Shown: positions 1 to 10,537, counted from the first letter of the stretch. The stretch: DNA of 64,000 bases from a bacterium (GCA_965204535.1 OZ241996.1:1-64000); one strand, 5' to 3'. Program-made: numbers and translations. The notes: a model not told the origin generated them from the letters alone.

Positions 1-339
1 CTGTTATCAGCCCCCAGAAACCCCGTTTTCCGCCGAAAAACCCGATTCGGGGCGCATTCGGGCCGCAAATGAGCGAAAGATGAGCGAAAAAAGACGCAAA
101 ACGGCCTCCGAAACCCCTCCGGGGACCCCGGAATTGCGCTTGACATGGCCATGAGAGGTGTTATATTTTCTGATAACAGCAATTATCGGACTCCAGAAAA
201 GCCGTTTCGGTCGGAATCGACCGCCGACGTCATCCCTGCGCGGTTATATATGCGGATGACGGCCCTTCTATGTACCGCCGAACCCCGGAATGACGATGGA
301 AAGCCGCCCCTGCGGGTCGTTGCGATTTACGTGGTTTCT

Positions 340-386
340 GTAGGGACAGGCCCCTGTGCCTGTCCGAGGTCGCGACCTGTCCCTAC
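340..386. repeat. GTAG-type REP-like palindromic element
   Basis: GTAGGGACAGG...CCTGTCCCTAC ends; near-copies at 44919, 47808, 49633 and 49683. Confidence 0.8.
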
Positions 387-465
387 GGATACCTCGCCCC
401 AAAACCAACCCCCCCTACCCCCCCTTGACAGGGGGGTATAAAAAAGCAACACCCCGCAAAAAAGG

Positions 466-643
466 ATCAACTCCCCCCTTGAGGGTCTGGCTTCCCGAGG
501 GGAAAGCCAGACGGTGAGCTAAGGGCGCAAGCCCGCAAGCGAACTAGTGGGGGGAGCTTTTATCTGTGGCATGTCCCCCCACCGCATCAGCCTTCGCAAA
601 AAACGCTCGGCTTCTGCGACTCCCCCTCAAGGGGGGAGTTGAT
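466..643. repeat. MITE-like palindromic element with 20-bp terminal inverted repeats
   Basis: ATCAACTCCCCCCTTGAGGG (466-485) is the exact reverse complement of CCCTCAAGGGGGGAGTTGAT (624-643); internal hairpins. Confidence 0.75.
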
Positions 644-760
644 TCTTTCACTTCGACAGGAGGTGACAGCCCCCTCAAGGGGGGAGTGAATCCTCTCTGC
701 TGGATAGCAAACAAGTCTGAAAGGGGGAGTGGATTTAGGATTCTTCTCGATGGAAGGAGT

Positions 761-1031
761 ACCCCCCCTACCCCCCCTTGTCAGGGGGGTAAAAAAAGGC
801 GATGCGCCCCCGCCTGACTGAGGGGGGGTTGCTTTTTTCTTCCTCCCGACAAGGGGGGAGATGAAAAGGCGACGCCCGTCGCCGATCGGTAGAGGGGGTT
901 TTGGTTTTTCTTGCCCCCCTGTCAAGGGGGGGTAGGGGGGGCAGGACAGCCCCGAGGAGGGGCTGTCCTTTATCCCCTGAGGAGGAGGATTGGGGCGTTG
1001 CTCCTTTGACAAAGGTTTTTTCAACAACCCC
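761..1031. repeat. C/G-run palindromic repeat module ending in TTTTTCAACAACCCC
   Basis: CCCCCCTACCCCCCCTTGTCAGGGGGGT and CTTGCCCCCCTGTCAAGGGGGGGTAGGGGGG arms; homologous to 3445-3594. Confidence 0.75.
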
Positions 1032-1159
1032 TCCTCCGAGAAGTCCTAAGCCCCTACGAAAACGACCTCACCCTCGCTTCTCACTTGAACTTGCACAAAA
1101 CGGCCAAACGTTTACACTAGGGCTTCCAACAAACTTCTTTCGTTCGCGTGGGGAAATCT

Positions 1160-3034
1160 ATGCTCGGATACCAGGGAAAAATACTGCACATCGACCTCAG
1201 CAACCGCACGTCGCGCATCGAGGAATTCGGCGAGGAGATGGGCCGCACGTTCATCGGCGGAAACGGCTTCTGCGCCAAGATACTCTGGGATCAGCTAAAA
1301 CCCGGCACCGACGCGCTCTCGCCCGAGAACGTCATCGTCTTCGCCGTGGGGCCCTACACGGATTCCGCAGTCCCCAGCGCCAGCCGCGCGTGCGCCGCCG
1401 CCATCAGCCCGCTCACCGGGCTTTTCTTCGATTCCACTTTCGGCGGTGCGTGGCCCATCACGTTAAAACGCACCGGGCTCGACGCCGTCGTCCTGCACGG
1501 CAAGGCCGATTCCCTCGTCTACCTCATGCTCACCGAAGAGGGCGTGGCGTTCAGGGACGCGAGCCATCTGAAGGGGAAATGGATCCGCGAGACGTGCGAC
1601 ACGATTACGGAGACCGAGGGCGGCACCGACGTGCTCGCCATCGGCCCCGCCGGCGAGAACCAGGTGCGCTTCGCGGCCATGGCGCACACCTGGCGCAAGA
1701 GCCGCGACGGCATCAGCGGTAGAGGCGGCATGGCGGCCGTTCTGGGCAGCAAGAACGTCAAGGCCATCGCCGCCCGCGGCAAGGCGAAGACCGCCTGGGC
1801 GGACGCCAAGGCGCTCAGGACCTACGTGAACGAGACGGCCGAGGACGTGCGCACGGGCACGGCGGCGCTCCACAAGTACGGGACGCCGATACTCGTCAAC
1901 ATGATCAACAAGATGGGCGCGCTCGGCACGCGCAACCTCATGAGCGAGATATTTGAGAACTGCGAGCCCATCAGCGGCGAATACATGCACGACAACTTCC
2001 TCGACAAGCACACCACCTGCCTCAAATGCCCGGTGGCGTGCGGCAAGAATTACCTGATGAAGGGCGGCGAATTCGACGGCCTCGTGTGGAAACTGCCCGA
2101 ATACGAGACCATCTTCGCGCTCGGGACCATGCTGGGCATCGGCGACCCGGGCGTCATGCTCCAGGCCAACATGCTCTGCGACGAACTGGGCCTCGACACG
2201 ATTTCGGCGGGCGTCACGCTCTCGCTCGCCTTCGAGAGCATGGAAAAGGGGCTCCTGAGCGAGGCGGAAGTCGGCGAGCCGCTCAAGTGGGGCGATTCGG
2301 CCACCATGCTGAGGCTCCTGGAGGACATGACCCACCGGAAAGGGTTCGGCGACAGGCTCGCGGAGGGCGGCAAGCGTCTGGCCGCGGAAATCGGCGGCGA
2401 CGCGCCCAATCTGCTCTATGCCTCGCGCGGGCTCGAGCTTCCGGCGCACAGCGCGCGCGCGCTCAAGGGCATGTCCATCGGCTACGCCACGGGCACGCGG
2501 GGCGGCAGCCACCACGACACCCGCCCCACCCTGCAGTACGCCTCGGACCACGACAACACCTCGACCGAGGGCAAGCCCGCGTTCGCCGTGCGCACGCAGA
2601 ACTTCACCGCGCTCGGCGATTCCATCACCCAGTGCCGCTTCACGGCCGAGCGCGGCTACGGGGCGATGATCAACGAGAAATACGCAGAGATGCTGAACCT
2701 CGTGACCGGGTGGGACACGACGGCGGATGAGCTGGAAGAAACCGGCGAGCGCATCTGCAACCTCGAGCGCGCCCTGCACGTGCGCGAAGGGGTGAGCCGC
2801 GCGGACGACATGCTCCCCTATAAAGTGATGCACGAGCCGATTCCCGACGGCCCGCACAAGGGGATGCACTGCCCGCCCGATGAGCTGGAGGGCATGAAGA
2901 ACGAGTTCTACGGCATCCGGGGTTGGGATGAGAACGGGGTCCCGGCGGCGGCGACGCTCGGGAGGCTCAAGCTCGACGACGTGGCCGAGGCGCTGGCCGG
3001 CTCGGGCAACGGCGGGGGAAACGGCGCGGGTTAG
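1160..3034 (+). CDS. aor: Aldehyde:ferredoxin oxidoreductase (tungsten AOR family)
   Basis: GYQGKILHIDLS N-terminus, IGPAGEN, GRGGMAAVLGSKNVKAI, C-x2-C-x3-C, EYET and DELGLDTIS motifs; ATG at 1160. Confidence 0.93.
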   Translation: MLGYQGKILHIDLSNRTSRIEEFGEEMGRTFIGGNGFCAKILWDQLKPGTDALSPENVIVFAVGPYTDSAVPSASRACAAAISPLTGLFFDSTFGGAWPITLKRTGLDAVVLHGKADSLVYLMLTEEGVAFRDASHLKGKWIRETCDTITETEGGTDVLAIGPAGENQVRFAAMAHTWRKSRDGISGRGGMAAVLGSKNVKAIAARGKAKTAWADAKALRTYVNETAEDVRTGTAALHKYGTPILVNMINKMGALGTRNLMSEIFENCEPISGEYMHDNFLDKHTTCLKCPVACGKNYLMKGGEFDGLVWKLPEYETIFALGTMLGIGDPGVMLQANMLCDELGLDTISAGVTLSLAFESMEKGLLSEAEVGEPLKWGDSATMLRLLEDMTHRKGFGDRLAEGGKRLAAEIGGDAPNLLYASRGLELPAHSARALKGMSIGYATGTRGGSHHDTRPTLQYASDHDNTSTEGKPAFAVRTQNFTALGDSITQCRFTAERGYGAMINEKYAEMLNLVTGWDTTADELEETGERICNLERALHVREGVSRADDMLPYKVMHEPIPDGPHKGMHCPPDELEGMKNEFYGIRGWDENGVPAAATLGRLKLDDVAEALAGSGNGGGNGAG

Positions 3035-3049
3035 GTCAGGCGGGAGTCC

Positions 3050-3330
3050 GTAGGGACAGGTCGAGACCTGCGGGACAGCCCCGAGGAGGGGCTGTCACTA
3101 CGGACAAAAAATGGCTCATCACTCCGGTACGTGCCGTATTACCCAGAACAAAACGGGCAGACTCTCCCCCTCATTGAACGGAAGCGACAGCGCGAGTTGA
3201 AACGGGGCTTGTAGGGACAACCCCTCCTCGGGGTTGTCCTGCCCCCGTGGTTGTCCCATGTGAGGACAGGCACGGGGGCCTGTCCCTACGGGTAGAATTC
3301 AACCTGTCATTCCGGTGCATGCCGGAATCC
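3050..3330. repeat. Cluster of GTAG-REP palindromes plus a GTCATTCCGG hairpin
   Basis: GTAGGGACAGG (3050), GTAGGGACAACCCCTCCTCGGGGTTGTCC, CCTGTCCCTAC, and GTCATTCCGGTGCATGCCGGAATCC (3306). Confidence 0.8.
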
Positions 3331-3340
3331 AGAGAAATAC

Positions 3341-3594
3341 GGGGTTGTTGAAAAAGCCCCCTGCGCACCCCCCTCGAATGGAGGCCGTAGGGGTCAGACA
3401 TATATGTCTGACCCCGTGGCGCCCTTGTCAGCGGCTGCAAAACCAACCCCCCCTACCCCCCCTTGTCAGGGGGGTATAAAAAGGCGACGCCCACCGCAGA
3501 TAGAGGGGCTTTTGCTTTTTCTTGCCCCCCTGACAAGGGGGGGTAGGGGGGGTTGCCTTTATCCCCTGAGGAGAGGGACTTTTTCAACAACCCC
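3341..3594. mobile_element. 254-bp MITE with perfect 16-bp TIRs
   Basis: GGGGTTGTTGAAAAAG (3341-3356) and CTTTTTCAACAACCCC (3579-3594); AC on both flanks; no transposase inside. Confidence 0.75.
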
Positions 3595-4270
3595 ACAACG
3601 GGCGGACACGTCGCTCCGCCCCTGCGGAAAGCGAGTCGTTCAAACTCGAAAACTCTCCCTTCCCGGTCGGGAAACAACCAAGCCGTGCGGAATTCATCCT
3701 GCCTCCCTCTCACCAAGGAGAATCCCATTCTGCCCGGAGGCTGATCTCGCTCTCTCCTTCATCAGTCGAGAGCGGCCCTCAATCGGGAGCGACGCATTTG
3801 CCCGCATTTGCCGTTATTGCGTTTCGGGCGAAATGCGCGAGAATCCCCGCGCGGAAAGCGAGTGTTCTCATAGACGCGGGGAGGAAGAAAATGGAACGAG
3901 CGATTCGGATCCGACCCGCGCTCCGCGTTCGGAGTGCAGCGCGGGCGCATACGCCCGCAGCCGGCGCCGCCGCCCGCGCGACGGAGCCCTCCCGCAACGG
4001 GAGCGCGCCCGCGGATTCCGGATCCAGGACGGGCGCATTTCCCCGCAGTTGCGGCGCACGCGCGCTTCGGCGGCCCGGAGACGGCGGTCGCGCTCTCACG
4101 CCACGCCCCGTGAGGGAATTCCTGAAAAATACCGTAAATACCGATAAATTCACGGGGTTTTTCGATAAAAAAGTGAAAAACTATTTCATTGATCTTCAAG
4201 GGGTTATGGGTTTCAGGGGCCGTTTTCCGGCGAATTTCGACACAAAAAAATTTCAGGAGTTATGTAAAAT

Positions 4271-5425
4271 TCAGGCGGGGTATTTCTCCACCAGGCGCTT
4301 CGCAATCACGATCCGCTGGATGTCGTTCGTGCCCTCGCCTACTTGCAAGAGGATGGAGTCGCGGTAATAGCGCTCGACCGGCAGCTCCTTGATGTAGCCG
4401 TAGCCCCCGTGGATGTGCACGGCGGCTTCCGAGGCTCTCTGGCAGGCGTCAGACGCGAAGAGCTTCGCCATGCCGGCTTCCAGGTCGCAGCGCACGCCCT
4501 GGTCCTTCATGCGCGCCGCGCGGTAGGTGAGCTGGCGGGCCGCTTCGAGGGAAGTCGCCATGTCGGCGAGTTTCATCTGGATGGCCTGATGCCCGGCGAT
4601 GGGCTTGCCCATGCTCTTTCTCTGCTGGGCGTACTTGATGGAATCCTCAAAACAGGCGGCATGAAGCCCCACCGCCCGGGCGGCCACCTGGATACGCCCC
4701 AGTTCCAGGGCCGCCATGAGCTGATGAAATCCCCTGTTCTCCTCGCCGATCAGGTACGATGCCGGTACCGGGCAATCCTCAAAAACCAGTTCACCCGTCC
4801 GAAGGCCCTTGTAGCCCATCTTGTTCAGGTGGCGGCTGACGCTGAAACCGGGCAGGTTCCTCTCCATGAGGATGCAGCTTATCCCCCGGGTGGGTTTTTC
4901 CGCCTTGGGGTTCGTACGGGCCATGATCGCGAAATGCGTGGCGTTCTCGCTGTTGGTGATGAACATTTTCGAGCCGTTCACGACGTAGTCCTGCCCTTCC
5001 CTGCGGGCGGACGTTCTCAAAGCCGCGACGTCGGAGCCGCCATCCGCCTCGGTGATGCCGATGCCGAAGCGCATTTTCCCCTCGGACACCTCCGGGAGCC
5101 ATTCCCGGCGCTGCTCGTCGTTGCCGAATTCGTTGATCATCCATCCCACCATCGAATGGCTGCCGAGCACGCCGGTCAAGCTCATCCAGCCCCGCGCCAA
5201 CTCCTCGGTCAGAACCGTAAAACTCATCGCGTCCATCTCGCTGCCGCCATAACACTCCGGCACGAGCGCGCCGAAATATCCCAGTTCCTTCATCCGGTCG
5301 ACCAGCGGATGGGGGTACTCGTCCTTATGCTCATACTCGCTGGCGACCGGAATCACCTCTTGATTCACGAATTGCCGAACGCTGCTTTGCAGCGCGGTCT
5401 GAAACTCGCTCAACTGGACATCCAT
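4271..5425 (-). CDS. Acyl-CoA dehydrogenase
   Basis: ITEADGGSD, VNGSKMFITN, HGGYGY and VGEGTNDIQR motifs. Confidence 0.95.
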   Translation of the reverse strand: MDVQLSEFQTALQSSVRQFVNQEVIPVASEYEHKDEYPHPLVDRMKELGYFGALVPECYGGSEMDAMSFTVLTEELARGWMSLTGVLGSHSMVGWMINEFGNDEQRREWLPEVSEGKMRFGIGITEADGGSDVAALRTSARREGQDYVVNGSKMFITNSENATHFAIMARTNPKAEKPTRGISCILMERNLPGFSVSRHLNKMGYKGLRTGELVFEDCPVPASYLIGEENRGFHQLMAALELGRIQVAARAVGLHAACFEDSIKYAQQRKSMGKPIAGHQAIQMKLADMATSLEAARQLTYRAARMKDQGVRCDLEAGMAKLFASDACQRASEAAVHIHGGYGYIKELPVERYYRDSILLQVGEGTNDIQRIVIAKRLVEKYPA

Positions 5426-5467
5426 TTCTTCGCTCCCGGAATTACGCGCGACAACAGCTTTGCGTTT

Positions 5468-5809
5468 TCAACCGAACAACGAGAGCCCGCCCATCTCTTC
5501 GGGGATCAAGAGCCGCTCGACGGTCTCGCCGTTTTCCAAATGTTTTTCCACGATTTCTTCGGCATCCTCCGGCCTCACGCCGCCATACCAGACATTGTCG
5601 GGCATCACGCAAACAACTGCGCCGTTCTCGCAGACATCCATGCAACTCGTCGCCAGTATGCGCGCCCGGCCCTTGAGGTTTTTCTCTTCCAGAAGGGATC
5701 TCATCCGCTCGCGGACCTCCAGAGAACCGCAGTGGGTGCAACTTCCCTTGGGATGGTCCGCCGCACGTTCGTTCGTGCACACCAAAACGTAGCGCTTTTC
5801 CCTGAACAT
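5468..5809 (-). CDS. Thioredoxin-like [2Fe-2S] ferredoxin
   Basis: VLVCTNER...SC...TSCMDVC...PDNVWYGGV; start placed at ATG 5809 after a purine-rich RBS. Confidence 0.88.
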   Translation of the reverse strand: MFREKRYVLVCTNERAADHPKGSCTHCGSLEVRERMRSLLEEKNLKGRARILATSCMDVCENGAVVCVMPDNVWYGGVRPEDAEEIVEKHLENGETVERLLIPEEMGGLSLFG

Positions 5810-6023
5810 TTCTTCCACCTCGGGGGCTGATGATGAGACGGATATCCAGTATTTCCCATGACTGCACGAAAAGTGCTCTTCACTTCCTTTCAGAACCGTA
5901 TGGAAGCTAACATTTATGAAACCTCCGTTCAACGGGAATCTTCTTTTCCTTTGTTTGAATTGAAGGTGCAAAACGGCATAATATATTGATATCGGGCTGC
6001 GCATTCTGTGGGGATAGCGGATA

Positions 6024-6800
6024 ATGTCTTCTGAAACGCATGAGAACCGACCCAAACGTGTCTTCCTCTTCGCCACGTGCCTGGTGGACCAGTTTTTCCC
6101 CGAAGTCGGCGAGGCGACCGTCCATTTGATCGAGAGCGCGGATATCGAGGTGATTTACCCGGAAGGGCTCACCTGTTGCGGACTCCCCCACTTCAACAAC
6201 GGTTTCAGGGCGGAGGCGAGGAAAATTCTCGAACCCCAACTGCGCCTGCTGGAGGGAGACATTCCGATCATCGTGCCCTCGGGGTCTTGCGGCTGGATGC
6301 TCAAAAGCGTTTTACCCACCTTGTTCCCGGACGACCCGTGGGAGCGGGAAAAAGCCGCGCAAATCTCCGGGCGCGTCATCGAATTGTCCCAATTCCTGTG
6401 CAAGATAAAAGTGGACGATTTCGGCGCCAAGCTCCCCGGGAAAACCGTCTATCACGATTCGTGCCACCTTCTGCGCGGCATGGGAGAAAACCAAACGCCC
6501 CGCCAGTGCCTCGACATGGTGGCCGAGAACCGGGAGGAATTGCCCGATTGCGACCGCTGCTGCGGGTTCGGCGGCTCGTTCGCCGTTAAATTTCCGGAAG
6601 TCTCATGCGCCATGCTTGACGAGAAGATCAAATCCGCCGAGAAAGTCGACGCGACCTGGCTCGTGGCGGCAGACGCAGGCTGCATGCTGCACATCTCGGG
6701 TGGATTATCGAAACGAAATTCGAAAATCAAACTTCTCCATCTTGCGCAGGCCCTCTCCGGACCAAATAACCCGGGTTGGCCCGAGGAAGACCAGACTTGA
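6024..6800 (+). CDS. lutA: Lactate utilization protein LutA (CCG-domain Fe-S protein)
   Basis: LFATCLVD, TCCG, YHDSCH, CCGFGGSF and DAGCMLHI motifs. Confidence 0.9.
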   Translation: MSSETHENRPKRVFLFATCLVDQFFPEVGEATVHLIESADIEVIYPEGLTCCGLPHFNNGFRAEARKILEPQLRLLEGDIPIIVPSGSCGWMLKSVLPTLFPDDPWEREKAAQISGRVIELSQFLCKIKVDDFGAKLPGKTVYHDSCHLLRGMGENQTPRQCLDMVAENREELPDCDRCCGFGGSFAVKFPEVSCAMLDEKIKSAEKVDATWLVAADAGCMLHISGGLSKRNSKIKLLHLAQALSGPNNPGWPEEDQT

Positions 6801-8917
6801 ATACGCCTTTCAACGAGCGCGCGACTTCCGCACTGATCAACATCCCTCTGCAGGAAGCCCTCCACGCGGCTACGGGCAAATTCGCCAACCAGCGCGCTCA
6901 GGCTTTCGAATCAACCGCGGCGCCGCTTGCCCTACGGGCGAAAGCCAGGGAAATTCGCAGAAAAACATTCGACGAGATCGACAAGCACCTCGAAACCTTG
7001 TTCGGGAGCCTCCAGAATCTCGGCGTGCACCTACATTCTGCGCCCGATGCGGATTCCGCAAAACGAATCATCCTCGAAATCGCCCACAAACACGGGGTCG
7101 AAACGGTCGTCAAGAGCAAATCCATGGCGTCCGAGGAGATCCATCTGAATCAAGCATTGGAGGCGGCGGGGATCACCCCCTATGAAACCGACCTGGGCGA
7201 ATGGATACTACAACTGGCCAATGAGACGCCGAGTCACCTCGTTGCTCCCGCCATTCATAAGACGTTGCAACAGGTACAAGACCTTTTCCGCGAGAAAGTA
7301 GACCCAAACGCCGGCTCGGACCCCCAGGAACTCACATCAATCGCGCGGGAGAAATTGAGAACGGAATTTATGCGGGCGGGGATGGGAATCAGTGGTGTGA
7401 ATTTCGCTGTGGCGGAAACCGGAACACTTTGCCTCGTCACGAACGAGGGGAACGGACGGCTCGTTACTACTTTACCCAAAGTCCATGTCGCCATTATGGG
7501 GTTCGAAAAAGTAGTCCCTACACTGCAAGAGGCGCTTACGCTTCTCTCCGTGCTCCCTCGCAGCGCGACGGGCCAGAAACTCACGAGCTATTTCACCATG
7601 CTCACCGGGCCGAGGAGAAAAGATGAGGCCGACGGACCCGATGAGGTTCATCTCGTGCTCCTCGACGGGGGGCGTTCCAGGCATCTCGGGACGCCGTTTC
7701 AGGAGGCGTTTCATTGCATCCGCTGCGGAGCTTGCCAAAACGCCTGCCCGGTTTTCCAGACAGTCGGCGGCCACACGTACGACTCCGTGTACGGGGGCCC
7801 AATCGGTTCGATCTTAAGTCCCATGCTCCGCGGCCTTGACGTTTCAGGAGAACTGCCTGCGGCATCAAGTCTATGCGGCGCCTGCATGGACGCCTGTCCC
7901 GTATTCGTCGATATTCCCCGCATGTTGCTGGAAATGAGAGAAGCGAGAAGGGTCAGGAAAAACAACGCGCTCTTCGAGAGATTTTCGTTTCGCTTGCTAA
8001 GCATGGCGATGCGCAAACCCTTCGCTTGGGAGACGGGTTTCAAGGCGGCATCTATTTTTTCCAGATTCCTGAACGCCAAAGCGGCAACATGGCTGCCGGG
8101 CCCTCTCGGTGCGTGGGCGCAGGGACGCGAGCTTCCGAAAATTGCGAAAAAAAGTTTCCGCGCACGCTGGCGGGAGAAAAAACGAAGGGGCGTCGATTCG
8201 TCTACAGCACCTCATGACACACCACGAGCCAGCGATCAGGACGCGGTAATCGAAAAGACCCACCAAGCCCTGGAGTTGGCGCACGGCTTGTCGCACGGCC
8301 ACTTTGAAAGCATCGCAGGCCCTCTGCCGGAAATCAGCGTCCCAGACGCCGCTGCCCGCTTCGCGGCAGAGTTCGAAGCGGTAGCGAATCCTGTTCATCG
8401 CCCGCTTTCCGTGGATGACGTTCGGGAGTATGTGCTCGATCTGGCAGCCAAATGGAAAGAATACCCCGTCGCCATCAGCGACGGCCTGCCGGTCGAAGTA
8501 ACCTCTTGGCTTATGGATGAAGGGTTTGACGTGGTTCCCCCATCGAGCGAGGGAGATAACCGAGACGCTATCGCCCGTTGCGGCATCGGGATTACGGGCT
8601 GCGACTGGGCGATTGCGGAAACAGGCAGTATTGTCCTCCGGAGCGGGCCCGGCCATCCGCGCCTTCACTCCCTGCTACCGGAAACTCACTTGGCCCTCAT
8701 TCCTGAAAAGAACATCCTGCCCCATATATCCTCGCTGGGACCTGAACTCGAAAGAACCCTCAAGCAAGGAGAAGGAACCTCGCCCAGCTGCGTGAATATC
8801 ATCACGGGACCCAGCCGCTCGGCCGACATCGCCCTGACACTCATCAAAGGTGTACATGGTCCACGTGATGTTTTTGCGATTATCGTTCCTGACGTGCTCA
8901 CCGCGGGAGACTCGTGA
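6797..8917 (+). CDS. lutB: LutB-LutC fusion (LUD domain, 4Fe-4S, C-terminal LUD domain)
   Basis: VKSKSM, ETDLGE, NEGNGR, CIRCGACQNACP, then in frame AIAETGS and ITGPSRSADI...GVHGP; TTG start overlaps the lutA stop. Confidence 0.88.
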   Translation: MNTPFNERATSALINIPLQEALHAATGKFANQRAQAFESTAAPLALRAKAREIRRKTFDEIDKHLETLFGSLQNLGVHLHSAPDADSAKRIILEIAHKHGVETVVKSKSMASEEIHLNQALEAAGITPYETDLGEWILQLANETPSHLVAPAIHKTLQQVQDLFREKVDPNAGSDPQELTSIAREKLRTEFMRAGMGISGVNFAVAETGTLCLVTNEGNGRLVTTLPKVHVAIMGFEKVVPTLQEALTLLSVLPRSATGQKLTSYFTMLTGPRRKDEADGPDEVHLVLLDGGRSRHLGTPFQEAFHCIRCGACQNACPVFQTVGGHTYDSVYGGPIGSILSPMLRGLDVSGELPAASSLCGACMDACPVFVDIPRMLLEMREARRVRKNNALFERFSFRLLSMAMRKPFAWETGFKAASIFSRFLNAKAATWLPGPLGAWAQGRELPKIAKKSFRARWREKKRRGVDSSTAPHDTPRASDQDAVIEKTHQALELAHGLSHGHFESIAGPLPEISVPDAAARFAAEFEAVANPVHRPLSVDDVREYVLDLAAKWKEYPVAISDGLPVEVTSWLMDEGFDVVPPSSEGDNRDAIARCGIGITGCDWAIAETGSIVLRSGPGHPRLHSLLPETHLALIPEKNILPHISSLGPELERTLKQGEGTSPSCVNIITGPSRSADIALTLIKGVHGPRDVFAIIVPDVLTAGDS

Positions 8918-8965
8918 TTAGTCACCTCCCCGAAGCTAAAATGAAGTATTTCGCACGACTCTATG

Positions 8966-9006
8966 AATAAACCCCTCGAGTAAATGGTCTACCCGAGGGG
9001 TCTATT
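8966..9006. terminator. Hairpin terminator between convergent lutBC and glnA
   Basis: ACCCCTCG...CGAGGGGT stem with A/T-rich flanks. Confidence 0.6.
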
Positions 9007-9043
9007 ATTGTTCTCCGTTTTTCAGAATCGGTGACGCTAAAAC

Positions 9044-10456
9044 CTAAATGTCATAGTAGAGATGGAATTCGTGGGGATGCGGACGCAGTCGAACCGCATC
9101 CACTTCCTCTACACGCTTGTATTCGATCCAGTTGTCAATGACATCCTTAGTAAACACGTCGCCTTTCAGCAAGAATTCATAGTCCGCCTCGAGCGCATCC
9201 AGAGCCTCGGGGAGACTTCCAGGCGTCTGCTGAACGTTGCCCTTTTCCTCAGGGTCGAGATCGTAGAGATTCTTGTCGATAGGCTCAGGCGGCATAATTT
9301 TATTCTGAATGCCGTCCAGACCTGCCATCAGCATCGCGGCGAAGGCCATATAGGGGTTGCATGAAGGATCAGGGCAACGGAATTCGACCCTCTTGGCCTT
9401 CTCGCTTGAAGAATACATCGGAATGCGCACGCATGCACTTCTGTTGCGGCAGCTATAGATCAAGTTGATAGGCGCCTCATAACCCGGCACCAAGCGGCGG
9501 TAGCTGTTCGTCGTCGGGTTCGTAAAAGCCAACAATGCGGGCGCATGCTTCAACAAACCACCAATGTAGTAAAGCGCGTCAGGACTCAAGTCGCCATAAG
9601 TCCCCGCACGATACATGATATTATTGTCGTCTTTCCAAATGCTCTGGTGGCAGTGCATTCCGGTGCCGTTGTCGAGAAAAACGGGTTTCGGCATAAAGGT
9701 CGCCGTCTTTCCATGCTTTCTCGCCACGTTCTTGACGATGTATTTGTACTTCATCAGCTTATCCGCCGTGGTCACCAGAGTGTCGAATCGAATATCGATT
9801 TCACATTGTCCGGCCGAGGCCACTTCATGGTGGTGCACTTCACACTCGACGCCACATTCGAGCATCGCCAACATCATCTCCGAGCGAACGTCCTGTAGCG
9901 TGTCGTTGGGCGGCACGGGGAAATAACCTTCTTTGTAGCGGTTTTTGTGACCGAGGTTCGGATCTTCGTTGGCGCCCGTGTTCCAGGCGGCCTCACATGA
10001 ATCAACCTCGTAGAAAGCATGATTTTCCGAACCAGAGTAGCGCACGTCGTCAAACACGAAAAATTCAGCTTCGGGGCCGAAATAAGCGACATCCCCGATA
10101 CCTGTAGACTTCATATACTGTTCCGCCTTGATGGCAATGTGGCGGGGGTCCCGATCGTAAAGCTCGAGCGTAACAGGGTCCTTGATGTCACAGATAAGAA
10201 CCAGGGTCGGAATTTTCAGGAATGGATCCATGAACGCGGTCGTCGGATCCGGAATAAGAAGCATGTCGCTCTGATCGATGCTTTGAAACCCCCGGATGCT
10301 CGAGCCGTCAAACCCGACACCTTCTTCGAAGGTATCTTCTTCAAGAGTATCGATGTGCGCCGAGAAGTGCTGCCACATACCGGGCATGTCTATGAAACGA
10401 TAGTCAACCATTTGGGCACCGCTTTCCTTAGCCAACTTCAAGACATCTTCAACCAT
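9044..10456 (-). CDS. glnA: Glutamine synthetase type I
   Basis: [34 protein letters not shown] and the adenylylation motif DKNLYDL. Confidence 0.98.
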   Translation of the reverse strand: MVEDVLKLAKESGAQMVDYRFIDMPGMWQHFSAHIDTLEEDTFEEGVGFDGSSIRGFQSIDQSDMLLIPDPTTAFMDPFLKIPTLVLICDIKDPVTLELYDRDPRHIAIKAEQYMKSTGIGDVAYFGPEAEFFVFDDVRYSGSENHAFYEVDSCEAAWNTGANEDPNLGHKNRYKEGYFPVPPNDTLQDVRSEMMLAMLECGVECEVHHHEVASAGQCEIDIRFDTLVTTADKLMKYKYIVKNVARKHGKTATFMPKPVFLDNGTGMHCHQSIWKDDNNIMYRAGTYGDLSPDALYYIGGLLKHAPALLAFTNPTTNSYRRLVPGYEAPINLIYSCRNRSACVRIPMYSSSEKAKRVEFRCPDPSCNPYMAFAAMLMAGLDGIQNKIMPPEPIDKNLYDLDPEEKGNVQQTPGSLPEALDALEADYEFLLKGDVFTKDVIDNWIEYKRVEEVDAVRLRPHPHEFHLYYDI

Positions 10457-10537
10457 CTGTTACACCTCCATACGGAATGCGGTTTTGCGAGAAATTAGCG
10501 ACACAAAACCAGGATTTGTTCAGCCCTTCAGGCTTCG

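Noticed and set aside
145-1027. ORFs 145-441, 566-817 and 587-1027, and similar ones at 3171-4367, 49229-49726 and 50823-51899
   Set aside because: They are translations of palindromic repeats with Pro/Gly/Arg-rich, non-protein-like composition
4244-4271. dif site suggested by TTATGTAAAAT (XerD-like arm)
   Set aside because: No XerC-like arm ending in ATAA at the 6-bp spacing
1463-5830. Long overlapping ORFs such as 1463-2869 and 4343-5830, also 53595-54898, 56700-57860 and 58628-59728
   Set aside because: Shadow frames of high-GC genes whose real frames have clear family motifs
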